From Vulcanimicrobiota bacterium (lineage in GTDB: Bacteria > Vulcanimicrobiota > Vulcanimicrobiia > Vulcanimicrobiales > Vulcanimicrobiaceae), in assembly GCA_963795855.1 (NCBI GenBank), contig CAWCIZ010000001.1:576001-640000 (forward strand): 64,000 bases of DNA, in the 5' to 3' direction. Shown here in pieces: positions 32,762-43,358 of the stretch. A model generated the notes under the pieces. The model saw only the letters and a list, made by a program, of their open reading frames with translations, did not search any database and had not been told where the DNA came from. The position numbers were made by a program, and so were the translations under genes. The stretch's first letter is position 1. The number at the start of each line of letters is the position of its first letter.

Positions 32762-35215
32762 CGGACGGCGTTGAGACGCTGCGCGTCGCCGTGATTGGAT
32801 CCGGCGCTACGCGTGCTCGAGACGTGCTCGCCGTGCTTGCGGCAGCCGGCTATTACGGTCGCGGATTCGTTCGCGCGGAGCGCGCCTCCGAAAATGGCGC
32901 GCCGTGGAACGCCGCAATCTTTCTGGATTCCGGCGTTGCCGGCGAGGTCGATGCGGCCGCCCTGCGCGGCATCTCGGCAAAACTGCCGCTGATCATTGCG
33001 ACGGCTCGCATCGACATGCAGGTCGTTCGTCACGCCGCTGCGCTTGGTGCGCACGACGTCGTTCTGCGTGGCGACGGACCGCGCTTGATCGAGTCGCTGC
33101 GGCGCGCGATTACCGAACGCCCGAGTGTCGTGCTCGACCGCTTGACCGAAAGCACGCGCGAAGAGCTGATGCGCAAGCTCTTCGATCTGACGCCGACCTA
33201 CGTGAGCATTCGCGACCGCGAAGGCTGCTACGTGATGGTGAGCCAAGCGTTCGCCGATCTGTACGGCACGACGATCGAAGACATGACCGGTAAGGCGATT
33301 ACGGCGTTCACGCGTTGCAAGGCCGACGGTGAACTCGATCTTGCGGAAGACCGCGACGTCTTGCAGAGCCGCCGTTCCCGCTGGGTGCTGCGCGAGCTGC
33401 TCGACAGCTCCGGAACCAAGCGCGCATTGCAGATCGTGAAGCGCCCAATCGCGCTCGAAGACGGCCGCGTTTTCGTGATGTGCGTCGCGGTCGACGTAAC
33501 AAAGAGCGAGCGGGCCGAGTCCACGCTCGCGAAGACAAACGAGTTTCTGAAAAACATTCTCGAGACCATTTCGGATGCCGTGTTCGCGTTGGATACCGGA
33601 GGCCGCTTCACGCTCGCGAATAAGCGCCTTTCGCTGCTGACCGGATACCGGCACCACGAGCTCATCGGGATGCCGTTCACGCGGATCTTTCCCGTCGACA
33701 CCGCCGTCGAAGTGCAGCGCGCAATAACCTCGCTCAGCGCCGAAAACGCGAAAGAGAAGCGCTTTGAAGCCCACGTCGCGCATGCCGACGGTCATCCGCG
33801 GATCGTCACATGCAGCCTGATGCCGCTCAAAGAAGGCGACCGCGTTATCGGCATCGCGGGCACGGCAGTCGACGTCACGGAGCGCAAAGCCGCCGAGCAG
33901 CGCATCGAACACCTCGCCTATCACGATCCGCTTACGAATCTGCCGAACCGCAGACTCTTGAACGACCGGCTGACCATGGCGATGTCGCAAGCGGAGCGCG
34001 ACGGCCGAACCGTGGCCGTGCTATTCGTCGATTTGGATCGCTTCAAGAGCATAAACGATTCGCTCGGGCACCGCACCGGCGACGTCGTGCTGCAGGAGCT
34101 GGGCACGCGTTTGCGCGCCGCCGTCCGAGCCGCCGACACCGTCGCGCGCATGGGCGGTGACGAGTTCGTGTTCTTGCTGCCCGGTTTAGACGGCGCCGAC
34201 GAAGCGCTGCACGTGGCTCGCAAAATCCTCGACGCGGTCCGCAAACCGTTCAACGTCGATGGCCGCCAGTTCGTAGTTACGGCGAGCATCGGCGTGAGTC
34301 TATTCCCGAATCATTCCGCCGATGCCGAAACGCTGATCAAACAGGCCGATATTGCGTTGTTCGAAAGCAAACGCCGCGGCAGCGATTCGTTCGAAGTGTT
34401 CGACGAATCGATGAGCGCGCGTTCGCTGGAATACTTCGTGCTGGAAAACGATCTGCGCCGCGCGATCGTGCAAAACGAACTCGTGCTCGTGTACCAGCCG
34501 ATCGTCGAAATGCGCACCGAGCGCATCATTTCACTCGAAGCGCTGCTGCGCTGGCAGCATCCCGACAAAGGGCTGCTGATGCCGGACCAATTCATTCGCC
34601 TTGCGGAAGAGACGGGCCTCATCGTTCCGATTGGAAACTGGGTGCTGCACGAGGCCTGCCGGCAGAACCGCGAATGGCAGCGGCGCGGGCTTTTTTCGGT
34701 TCCGGTCGCGGTGAACGTTTCCGCTCGGCAACTCGACAGCGATTTAGTGGCCGCGGTTACCGAGGCGCTCGATGCGTCGGCGCTGCCGCCGCGCTATCTC
34801 GACTTGGAACTCACCGAAACGATTTTGATGGAAAGCGCTGCGTCTTCATCGATGGCGGTGGATGCGCTCAAAGAAATGGGCGCGCGCATTTCGATCGACG
34901 ACTTCGGAACCGGTTACTCTTCCTTGAGTTATCTCGAGCGCTTGCCGATCGATTGCCTGAAGATCGACAAGTCGTTCATGCCGCGCGATCCGCAAACATC
35001 CGGAGCGGGAATCATCGCGAGCACGATCATCTCTATGGCGCAGGCGCTCGGGCCTCGACGTCGTTGCCGAAGGTGTGGAAACGCGGGAACAACGCGATTT
35101 TCTGCTGGCACGCGGATGCAGCCGCGCGCAAGGTCATTTTTACTGGGCCGCAATGCAAGCCGGCCCGCTCGAAGCGTTAATTGGCGGCGATGCGCGCGAT
35201 AGCGTCTTCGCGTAG
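32758..35215 (+). CDS. Receiver-like, PAS-PAS, GGDEF-EAL protein; frameshift near 35052
   Basis: HDPLTNLPNR, RMGGDEF, LEALLRW, DDFGTGYSSL; shifted frame reads DVVAEGVETREQRDFLLARGCSRAQG. Confidence 0.87.
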
Positions 35216-36715
35216 CAGGCCGCGAAGCACCTTACCGCTTTCAGTGCGCGGCAACTCCGAGACGCGCACGACCGTGTCCGGCACTTTATAGTCCGCCAAC
35301 CGCTGCGAGACGGCATCCCGCGCCGCCGAAAGCAGATCGTCCGGCGCATGCGAATCATCGCGTACGACGATGCACGCGCACGTTCGTTCACCTAGCACCG
35401 CGTCCGGAATGCCGACCACCGAAACGCCCGCAACCCACGGCAGCGCGGAGACGACGTGTTCCACCTCTTCCGGATATACGTGCAAGCCGCCGCGGATGAT
35501 GATTTCCTTGCTGCGGCCTTTCACGTGCAAAAAGCCGTCATCATCGGTGAAGCCCAAATCGCCCGTGCGCAGCCAGCCGTCGACCGTGAACGTTTCGCGC
35601 GTCAACTCGTCATCGCCGTAATATCCGCGGAAGACCCCGGGGCCGCGTACTTGTATTTCGCCAAACTCAGTGCCCTGCGAATCCGTGCGCACTTCCGCAC
35701 CGGGAATCGGACGCCCGACGGAGGAGCGCCGCGCGGCAGGCGGGTCGTCGAAGCGTGTCATCGTGACGGCTGGTGCGGTCTCGGTCAAGCCCCACGCAAT
35801 CTGCACGTTGCAACCTAGTTCGCTGCGTATCCGATCCGCGAGCTCGGGTGAAACGGGCGCGGCGGCGACGATGCCGGTGCGCAGTTTGCTCAGATCCCTC
35901 GGAGCGCGCTTTTGCGCCGCCAGTTCGAGAACGAACATCGTCGGCGAGCCGTGCAGGACGGTTACGCCTTCCGATTCGCAGAGATCCAATGCGCCGGCGG
36001 CTGCAAACGTTTTCAAGACGACGAGCTTCGCACCACATGCTGCAGCGGCGAGAACCGTCGCGGAAAGCCCGAAGATGTGGGTTATCGGCACGGTAAGAAG
36101 AAACGTGTCTTGCGCCGCGCACTCGAGCAGCGCGCCGACCGTCGCGGCATTCCACACGAGGTTTGCGTGCGTCAGCACCGCGCCTTTCGGCCGTCCCGTC
36201 GTTCCGGACGTGTAACAGATCGCAAAAACGTCCTCGCGCCGGATCGCCGGAAGTTTGAGCGGCGAGCGCAGCGGCCGCGACGAAAGGGTGATGGGGTCGC
36301 CGGCTTCGATGTTGAGAACCTCACGAACTTCCGGCAGCGGCATCGCGCGAATGCGCGCCGCGAGGGCGTTGTCCGAAACGCACGCCAGCCGCGCGCCGCT
36401 ATGGCGCAGGACGTTTTCGAGATCGTCGTGCCCGAGGCGAGGACTCGCTCCGACGAACATCGCACCGGTCAGCGCGCACGCCCAATACAGTACGACCGCT
36501 TCGATTTGATTCGGCAGAACGACGGCGATGCGATCGTTCGCGCGCACGCCGAGCGCGGCGAAATGCGCGCAGGAGGAAACCGCTGCATCGTGCAGTTGCT
36601 GCCACGTCAGCCGGCGCGTCCCGTCGGTAACGGCCTCGGCGCTAGGGCGGACGTAGACATTTTCGCGTAATACGTCGGCGATCGTCGCGCTTTGCCGCAG
36701 GTCGTCGAGCGTCAT
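35177..36715 (-). CDS. Class I adenylate-forming enzyme (acyl-CoA synthetase family)
   Basis: YTSGTTGRPKG, WGLTE, TGDLG, GRSKEIIIRGG, LPRTESGK. Confidence 0.93.
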   Translation of the reverse strand: MTLDDLRQSATIADVLRENVYVRPSAEAVTDGTRRLTWQQLHDAAVSSCAHFAALGVRANDRIAVVLPNQIEAVVLYWACALTGAMFVGASPRLGHDDLENVLRHSGARLACVSDNALAARIRAMPLPEVREVLNIEAGDPITLSSRPLRSPLKLPAIRREDVFAICYTSGTTGRPKGAVLTHANLVWNAATVGALLECAAQDTFLLTVPITHIFGLSATVLAAAACGAKLVVLKTFAAAGALDLCESEGVTVLHGSPTMFVLELAAQKRAPRDLSKLRTGIVAAAPVSPELADRIRSELGCNVQIAWGLTETAPAVTMTRFDDPPAARRSSVGRPIPGAEVRTDSQGTEFGEIQVRGPGVFRGYYGDDELTRETFTVDGWLRTGDLGFTDDDGFLHVKGRSKEIIIRGGLHVYPEEVEHVVSALPWVAGVSVVGIPDAVLGERTCACIVVRDDSHAPDDLLSAARDAVSQRLADYKVPDTVVRVSELPRTESGKVLRGLLREDAIARIAAN

Positions 36716-36805
36716 AAGTGCAACGCGCTAGTTAGTCGCACCGCAGTAAGCCACCTATTGGCAGGACGCGCATATGCGGAATCGTATAGACATGCGGGAC
36801 GCGTC

Positions 36806-36834
36806 TTGTCAAACTGGGTAATCCCGGCTAAACT
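36806..36834 (+). promoter_or_regulatory. Sigma70-type promoter for the tRNA-Lys pair
   Basis: TTGTCA-N17-TAAACT ending 11 nt before the first tRNA. Confidence 0.7.
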
Positions 36835-36845
36835 GAGGCGGTTGC

Positions 36846-36919
36846 GCGCCTCTAGGCTCAGTCGGTAGAGCAGCGGACTTTTAATCCGTTGGTCCCGGGT
36901 TCGAGTCCCGGGGGGCGCA
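36846..36919 (+). tRNA. tRNA-Lys(UUU); one extra G before the D-stem, likely a sequencing error
   Basis: GCGCCTC/GGGGCGC; GCGGA-CTTTTAA-TCCGT; TTCGAGT. Confidence 0.9.
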
Positions 36920-36924
36920 CGCCG

Positions 36925-36999
<75 letters not shown>

Positions 37000-37005
37000 A
37001 ATTCC

Positions 37006-37042
37006 AAAAGAGGCGGTTCGAGCGAGCCGCCTCTTTCGTTTT
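37006..37042. terminator. Bidirectional intrinsic terminator
   Basis: AAAGAGGCGGTTC-GAGC-GAGCCGCCTCTTT with A/T tracts, between convergent units. Confidence 0.8.
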
Positions 37043-37053
37043 ACTTGCGGCGG

Positions 37054-37983
37054 TCAGGGATGGCCGAGCATAAACAGCCAATCGGCGCTGTAAGCCGGCG
37101 TTCCATCGCTATTGAGCGGTGTCGTGTAGTCTCCAACGACGCTGGTATGGTATACCATGCGTCCCAGGCGCGCGACGTTTGCGTTTGGCTGTGGTTCCAG
37201 CGAAAGCACGCGTACGTTGGCAGATGGTATCCCGAGCGCCAAATATGCGCGTGCAATGAAGCGTGCCATGGGCTCTTTGGTGTGGTAAGCCGCGAACCAG
37301 CGGTCGGGCGGAGTCGCGGATGGTTCGCGCAGCCATGGAGAAAGGGCGCCTCCGCGTTGAAAATCCCACGGGCTGGAGAACAGAATGACGCGCGCGACGG
37401 CGTGTTCTTTCGCGATGAACGCGGCCATGCCGGCGCCTTGCGAATGCCCCGACACGGCAATGCGAGACCAATTAGGCTGTGCTCCGGCAAGATATGCTTT
37501 CCAACCCTCCGCAGGACGTTGCGCGTCCAAATACTGCAGCAGCTTGACAAGTCTGTTCACGATCGACTCTTGCGGCTGGTCATCGATGAGCTTCGTATCG
37601 TTCACGCCGTAAATGCGTTTGCGCCGAACCAGAGCGGTGCATGATGGATCGGGATTTTGAGGGCAGATGACGTTGACGGCGTCAGCGTCGTCGTACATCA
37701 GGCCGATCGCGCGGTAACCATCCAATGCCGCGGCCGCCAGAAACCGCTTCACATTTTGCGGAACGCCATGGGTGCCGGGAAGGAAAACCAACAGCGGCGC
37801 GTCCGCACGAACTGTCCGTTTCGAAAGAACGACGTCGTCGTCAACGAAACGCGTGATGGCCGGATCGGCATCGCGGGGTGAAACGGAAAAAATCACCGCA
37901 TCGCTTTGCTGAGCCGAGGCACCGTACGGTGCGAGCGCCCACGCACAGAAGACCGCGATGCTAAAAAACACCCTGAGATTCAT
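37054..37983 (-). CDS. Secreted alpha/beta-hydrolase-fold protein (BPSS1187-like)
   Basis: Signal peptide MNLRVFFSIAVFCAWALAPYGASA; VFLPGT; nucleophile elbow GHSQG. Confidence 0.8.
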   Translation of the reverse strand: MNLRVFFSIAVFCAWALAPYGASAQQSDAVIFSVSPRDADPAITRFVDDDVVLSKRTVRADAPLLVFLPGTHGVPQNVKRFLAAAALDGYRAIGLMYDDADAVNVICPQNPDPSCTALVRRKRIYGVNDTKLIDDQPQESIVNRLVKLLQYLDAQRPAEGWKAYLAGAQPNWSRIAVSGHSQGAGMAAFIAKEHAVARVILFSSPWDFQRGGALSPWLREPSATPPDRWFAAYHTKEPMARFIARAYLALGIPSANVRVLSLEPQPNANVARLGRMVYHTSVVGDYTTPLNSDGTPAYSADWLFMLGHP

Positions 37984-38115
37984 GTGTTTGCTGCTTTCTG
38001 GCCGTGAACTCAAGGGCCCCGCATCTGGATGCGGTAGTCCGTCCGGAAAGCGCACATTCGGTAAAGGCGGCCGGGAGCGCGAGGCACCGGCTGCTCCCTT
38101 GCGAAGTATAAGCGG

Positions 38116-41100
38116 GTGAAGAACGCGATTGGGCACGCCGCCCGCTCGCGCGCCGACCGGGACCGGGAAGTCGTGCAGCGGACCGCGGAGCTGCTCACGA
38201 GCAGCCTGTCGCTGGAAGAACTTTTCCATGCGATTTGTTCGCTATTGGCCCGCTTCGTCGAAGCGCCCGTCGTCTTCATCGCCCTGAACGACGCTGAAGG
38301 CGGCCGAATCGTTTTTCTGCTGGAGAACGACGTATCGGGCCGGCTCGACAACCGTCGCGTGCGCCCCGGCTCGGCAACCTCCCAGGTGCTCTGCGGCGGT
38401 CATTCGCTCCTCAAGCGCTGCATGGGCGACTGGACCGAAGGCCGTACGCCGCTCAACCTTCCGGGACAACCTCAGAACGACGAACGCGTTTCGGCGATCT
38501 TCGTTCCGTTGAAGTTCGGTACCGAGATCATCGGCGTGCTTTCGGTGCAAAGCGAACGCGAGAACGCGTACGACGAAGCAGATGTCGAGCTCTTGCAAAC
38601 GTGCGCATTGTATTTGAGCGTCCGCATTCATCAGGCGCATATCGAAACGCAGAGCGCGCGTCTGGAAAACATCGCGTCGACGGACAGTCTGACGGGCGTC
38701 GGAAACAGGCGCTGGCTCAACGAACGTTTGTCGGCGGAATGGCGGCGCGCTATTCGGCGCGCGACCGGCATTAGCGCGATACTCATCGACATCGATTTCT
38801 TTAAATCGTTCAACGACACGTACGGCCACGTCGCGGGGGATGCAGCGCTGCAGCAAGTTGCCACCGCGCTCGCGTCGTGTCTTGGACGCGCGGAAGACGC
38901 GTTCGCGCGATACGGCGGCGAGGAATTCATCGCGATTCTGCCCGATACGGATCTGGAGGGTGCGCTGACGATCGCGGAAAGGATGCGTTCCGCAGTTTAC
39001 GATCTCGGGATCGCGCACAGCGGTTCCATGCTCGGGCGCCTGAGCATGAGCGCCGGCGTCGCATATCAGATTCCGGCGCGCGGCAGTTCCGCCGAAGCCG
39101 TGGTCGAGTCCGCAGACGCAGCGCTTTACGATGCGAAGCGCGGTGGACGCAATCGCGTTGCCGCAGAAAATTACCGCTCCGACACCGCGCCCGCGTTTCC
39201 CGCCAAGGCGTATCGGCACAACTTGCCGCCGCTGCGCGGCCGAACCTTCGGAAGAACGGAAGAAGTGCAGCGCATTCGCGCGCTGCTGCGCGTCAGCCGG
39301 CTGTTGACGGTCGCGGGCGCGGCGGGCTCCGGCAAATCGCGTCACCTTGCCGAAGCGGCGCTGCGGGATGTTGCGCGCTATCCCGACGGCGTGTTTTACG
39401 TCGATTGCTCCGTCATAACCGACGGGAGGTACTTGAGTTCGAAAATTGCGTCGGTCGTCGGCGTGCGTGAAACGCCGCTGCAATCCTCGGAGAGCGTTGT
39501 TGCCGACTTTCTGAAGTCCAAGCGCACGCTGCTGATTCTCGACAACTGCGACGTCGTGACGGCGTCGTGCAGTCAGTACGTTCGGAACCTTTTGGCCGAA
39601 GCTCGCGAGGCGCGCGTCGCCGTCACGTGCCGCGAACCGCTGCTGCTCTCGGGCGAAGTTGCGTTCGTGCTTCCGCCGCTGGACATGCAGTCCGCGATCA
39701 CGCTGTTCGTCGAACGCGCCAAAGCGCTGGGAATGCCGGGCATCGACGCCGGCGACGCCGCCGCGATCGAACGCATCTGCGCGAAGCTGGCCAGATTGCC
39801 GCGCGCGATAGAACTCGCCGCCGCGCAGTTGCGGCGCTACTCTCTGGAAGAATTGCAGGCGCGCCTGCCCGGCGAGGCTTCCATGGACCGGCAAACCGCG
39901 CACGGTTTCGTCGAGTGGACGTATACGGTGCTTTCATCGGAAGAACAGCGCCTGCTGCGTGGATTGAGCGTGTTCGCCGGCGGCGCGACGCCGGGCTCGA
40001 TACAACAGGTGTGCGGCGCCGACGGCTTCGCCGGATTGCTCGAGAACGGCCTGGTTACCGTTGAATCGCGAGAAGAGGGGGATCGGTACGTAATTCCGGC
40101 GTCGATCCGCGCGTACGCCCGCGAGCGCGCGCTCGAGTTGGGCGAACTCGACCAGTACCGCGACGTTCACGCGCGGCACTTCCTCGAGCGTGCGAAAGCG
40201 CTGCGTGAAAGTTATCCGACGCGCAACTGGCAGCGGCATCTGCGCGAGATGCTGCCGGAAATCGACAATCTGCGCGCCGCGCTGCTGTTTACGGTGACCG
40301 AAGGCCGCGACGTGCAACTCGGCGCGGAACTGAGCGCGTGCCTCATCCAATATTGGCTTCAGCTCGGACGCGCCGCCGCGGGGCGCGAATGGATTGAAGA
40401 GCTCCTGACGCGCGGCGTGGAGTTTCCGCCTAACGTGCGCGCGGAACTCGTGTACGGACTGGCCCGCCTGGACAACGCCCACTCGCAACGCGCGTTGGAA
40501 GTCTGCGGTCGCCGCCGTAGAAGAATACCGCGGGCTGAACGACCGCACGGGCCTTGCGTCGGCATTGTTTGAAGTCGCCGCGTGCTACTCGGGCATTGGG
40601 CAATTCGAAGCCGGCGATCCGTATTTGCAGGAAGCGCGCGAGATCTGTTCTGAGCTCGGAGACGTCAGGCGCATGGGCGACGTGCTCAACGGTTTGGCGC
40701 TCGCGGAAGGGTGGCGCGGCAACACGCTGCGCGCACGCGAATTACTCGAACAAAGTTTGGAATTCTTCCGGCGTCTCGAAGACGATCGCGGCGTCGCGTC
40801 GCTGCTCGGAAACTTGGGCGATCTCGCTGCAGTCGTGGGCGATTACGAACGCGCGATTAGTTTGAGCCGGCAAAGTTTAGCGATTCTCGAACGCCTGCAC
40901 GATCCGCAGTCGACCGCCTGGCAATTGACGAACATCGGATCGTTCGAGATCAAACGCGGCAATCTCGAGGCTGCAAGGCCTGCGCTGCGACGCGCGCTGG
41001 AGTTGCTGCACGAACATCAGGACGACTGGCTAAGCGCGAATTGCGCCGATTCGCTCTCGCGCTTCGCTCTCGCGCAGCAGGACTGGGCCGCCGCGTATCG

Positions 41101-41290
41101 CCTGGCACTCTTTGCAGACGGCATCTTCGCGGCGATCGGCGTACCGCGTCAACCGCCGGATGAGATCGATCGCGAGCGCGTCGTGCGCGATTCCGGCGCG
41201 CACTTGACTGACGGCGCGCAGGACATTCAGCGCGAACGCGCGCTTCATATGACCTGGAGCGACGTATTGGAAGAAGCGGCGCAGTTGTAA
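38116..41290 (+). CDS. GAF, GGDEF, STAND-type ATPase, TPR fusion; frameshift near 40501
   Basis: GAF (VPLKFGTEIIGVLSVQS), RYGGEEF, HNLP, Walker A GAAGSGKS, Walker B LLILDNCD, LPRAIELAAA; TPRs in ORF 40565..41290. Confidence 0.88.
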
Positions 41291-41307
41291 CGCCGCAGCC
41301 GTAAATG

Positions 41308-41344
41308 AAGAAAGGCTCGCCGTAACCGGCGAGCCTTTCTTTTG
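41308..41344. terminator. Bidirectional intrinsic terminator
   Basis: AAGAAAGGCTCGCCG-TAAC-CGGCGAGCCTTTCTT followed by Ts. Confidence 0.85.
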
Positions 41345-41358
41345 GCGCAATCTGCAGA

Positions 41359-42858
41359 TTAGTGCAGTGTCAGCGCCGTGTCGTCGATGAAGAAAGAGGT
41401 CGCGAGGCTGTAGTCTTCTCGACCGGTCCACTTGATGGTGACCGTCTGCCCAGCGTACGCCGATAGGTCGAGCGTGCGCTGCGCATAAGCGCCGTGGTTG
41501 ACGTTCGAGAACGTCTGTTTGGTCGCGCCGTTGATTGCGAGCGTGAGTTTGTCGTAGGCGACGGTTCCGCTCTCTTGCGTGTCGATGCGCAGCCAATAGG
41601 TCAGCGTTGCTTTGCAGCCCGCTTTGATTGAGACCGTTTGACTGAGCGTGTCGGTATGCGTCGTGCCGTAGCCGTCGAGCCACGCGTAGCCGGCGCCGGA
41701 ATGCGCGTACGCGCCGTCCGTGTTGATGACGCCCGAGGTGGTGCTCCAATTCGCCCCGCCGCTCTCGAAGCCCGGATTCAGCAGCAGCTGGCCGGAGCAT
41801 CCGCCCGGTGCGGGAGAGCCGGTCGGAACCGGAGTCGGAGTCGAAACCGGCGTCGACGAAGGAGCCGGTGTCGGCGAGGGCGGCGTGCCATAGCTGTGCA
41901 CGCAGCTCGCGGTCGCGTTGCTCCATTCCGGCTGGTTCGGGAAGCTCGCTCCGCCGTACATCACGTCGTCCTGAAGATTCGTCCAGGCGCACTTGTCGCC
42001 GATCTCCTCGCCGCTCGAGTCGATCCAGCCGTTCCCGGCGCCGGGATCCGTGATCGTTTCCTGCATTTCGTGACCGCCGACGATGCTGGCGCCGTCGTTC
42101 GTGCCCGGGGAATTGACCGAGCCCTGTCCGCAACTGCTGCCGACGTCGGGAAGGTACGGGAAGTCGGTGTACGCGATCGGGCCGCTTCCGCCGCTCATCG
42201 CGTTATGGAACGCGCACCACTGCGTGCCGAAGCCGCTCGTGGTGTAGTTGTGCGGCGTCACGATGAAGTAGTTCGCGTCCGCGCTATAGCCGAAGTGCGA
42301 AACTGCTTTGTTCGCTTCGGTTTGAATGTTGGATTCGGTGTAGTTCGACGGCGGCAGCGAGCTGCTGTCGTACCACGTCCCGGCGAGTTGGCCCGTCGGA
42401 TTGGTGATGTTTCCTTGGCTCGTCGAATAATATTGCGTCGCGACGTTCGCGAGGTTGCTGCCGCCGAGCGCAGTGACGTAGTTCACGAGGTACTGCGCCA
42501 TGCCGCTCGGGTCGTGCGTCGTGTCTCCGGCCCCGCTCCAGCCCCAGAACACGAGATAGATTTTGGGCGACTTCTGAATCGGCCCGCCGTTGTAGTTCAG
42601 ATTGTTCGGAGAGGAGATCATCGCGTGAAGAGCGCGTGTGTGCGGCCCAATGGGCGCGAGTTCGGGATGCTGTTTCAAATAAGTGCGGCTGTAGAATAGA
42701 ATGCGATGGCCCACGGTCGCGGGCTTCGTTCCGCTGCCGTTTCCGTTGTTCGCGTTCGGAACCACCGCGGAATTTTGTCCGCCGCCGCAGCCGGCAATGA
42801 GTGCAGCGCACGCCGCCAAGGCGACGAGCAACTGCGGCTTCTTCAAGAGTCTTTTCAA
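41359..42858 (-). CDS. Exported lipoprotein: Phi-1/EXORDIUM-like domain, Pro/Thr linker, C-terminal beta-sandwich
   Basis: GGAGG RBS plus TTG; lipobox LIAGC; YNGGP, WCAFH, GGHEMQETITDP, GW.DSSGEEIGDKC; QLLLNPGFESG domain. Confidence 0.75.
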   Translation of the reverse strand: MKRLLKKPQLLVALAACAALIAGCGGGQNSAVVPNANNGNGSGTKPATVGHRILFYSRTYLKQHPELAPIGPHTRALHAMISSPNNLNYNGGPIQKSPKIYLVFWGWSGAGDTTHDPSGMAQYLVNYVTALGGSNLANVATQYYSTSQGNITNPTGQLAGTWYDSSSLPPSNYTESNIQTEANKAVSHFGYSADANYFIVTPHNYTTSGFGTQWCAFHNAMSGGSGPIAYTDFPYLPDVGSSCGQGSVNSPGTNDGASIVGGHEMQETITDPGAGNGWIDSSGEEIGDKCAWTNLQDDVMYGGASFPNQPEWSNATASCVHSYGTPPSPTPAPSSTPVSTPTPVPTGSPAPGGCSGQLLLNPGFESGGANWSTTSGVINTDGAYAHSGAGYAWLDGYGTTHTDTLSQTVSIKAGCKATLTYWLRIDTQESGTVAYDKLTLAINGATKQTFSNVNHGAYAQRTLDLSAYAGQTVTIKWTGREDYSLATSFFIDDTALTLH

Positions 42859-43032
42859 ATACGTTACCCTCCGGAAGTGCAACAAGAGCGTTCCGCCGCA
42901 ACGCGAAACGCCGATTCGATTGTCTCTGAAAAGCCCCGGCGAGACTAGCTGCGAAATGCACTCATCCATCGGATGTGTGCGGAAGGGATTCCAGGCGGCA
43001 CGTTATATTTATCCGGGTCGCCGCCGGCACAG

Positions 43033-43114
43033 GGGCAAGTGGCGGAACTGGCAGACGCGCTGGATTTAGGTTCCAGTGGGGTAACCCATCAGAGTTCGAG
43101 TCTCTGCTTGCCCA
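43033..43114 (+). tRNA. tRNA-Leu(UAG)
   Basis: GGGCAAG/CTTGCCC; CTGGA-TTTAGGT-TCCAG; long variable arm. Confidence 0.94.
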
Positions 43115-43197
43115 GACTAACGCTCTGCTACGTCCGGTCAAGCAGAGTGGTTTAAAAGGCGCTCCGCCATCCGTGGCTGCGCGCCCCCGCACGCAAC

Positions 43198-43272
43198 GCG
43201 GAAGTAGCTCAGTGGTAGAGCATCGCCTTGCCAAGGCGAGGGTCGCGAGTTCGAATCTCGTCTTCCGCTCCA
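43198..43272 (+). tRNA. tRNA-Gly(GCC)
   Basis: GCGGAAG/CTTCCGC; TCGCC-TTGCCAA-GGCGA; encoded CCA. Confidence 0.96.
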
Positions 43273-43277
43273 TTTCA

Positions 43278-43308
43278 AAGGCCCCCGGCCTGCCGGTTGG
43301 GGGTTTTG
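43278..43308 (+). terminator. Probable intrinsic terminator after tRNA-Gly
   Basis: GCCCCCGGCC...GGTTGGGGGT stem followed by Ts. Confidence 0.55.
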
Positions 43309-43358
43309 ATTTTATGGGGCGAATAAACCACGTCCCACTACTTACTAGGAGAGCCACC

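Noticed and set aside
31972..33990. Long antisense ORFs (for example 672 aa here and 553 aa at 38242..39903)
   Set aside because: Typical high-GC shadow frames opposite well-supported genes, with no motifs.
30190..35202. 1670-aa double GGDEF-EAL giant protein
   Set aside because: Removing one G near 32704 ends the first gene at a TGA overlapping the ATG at 32758, giving two ordinary genes.
42975..43358. N-terminal extension of the 563-aa tig ORF
   Set aside because: It runs through tRNA-Leu and tRNA-Gly; the real start is near 43359.
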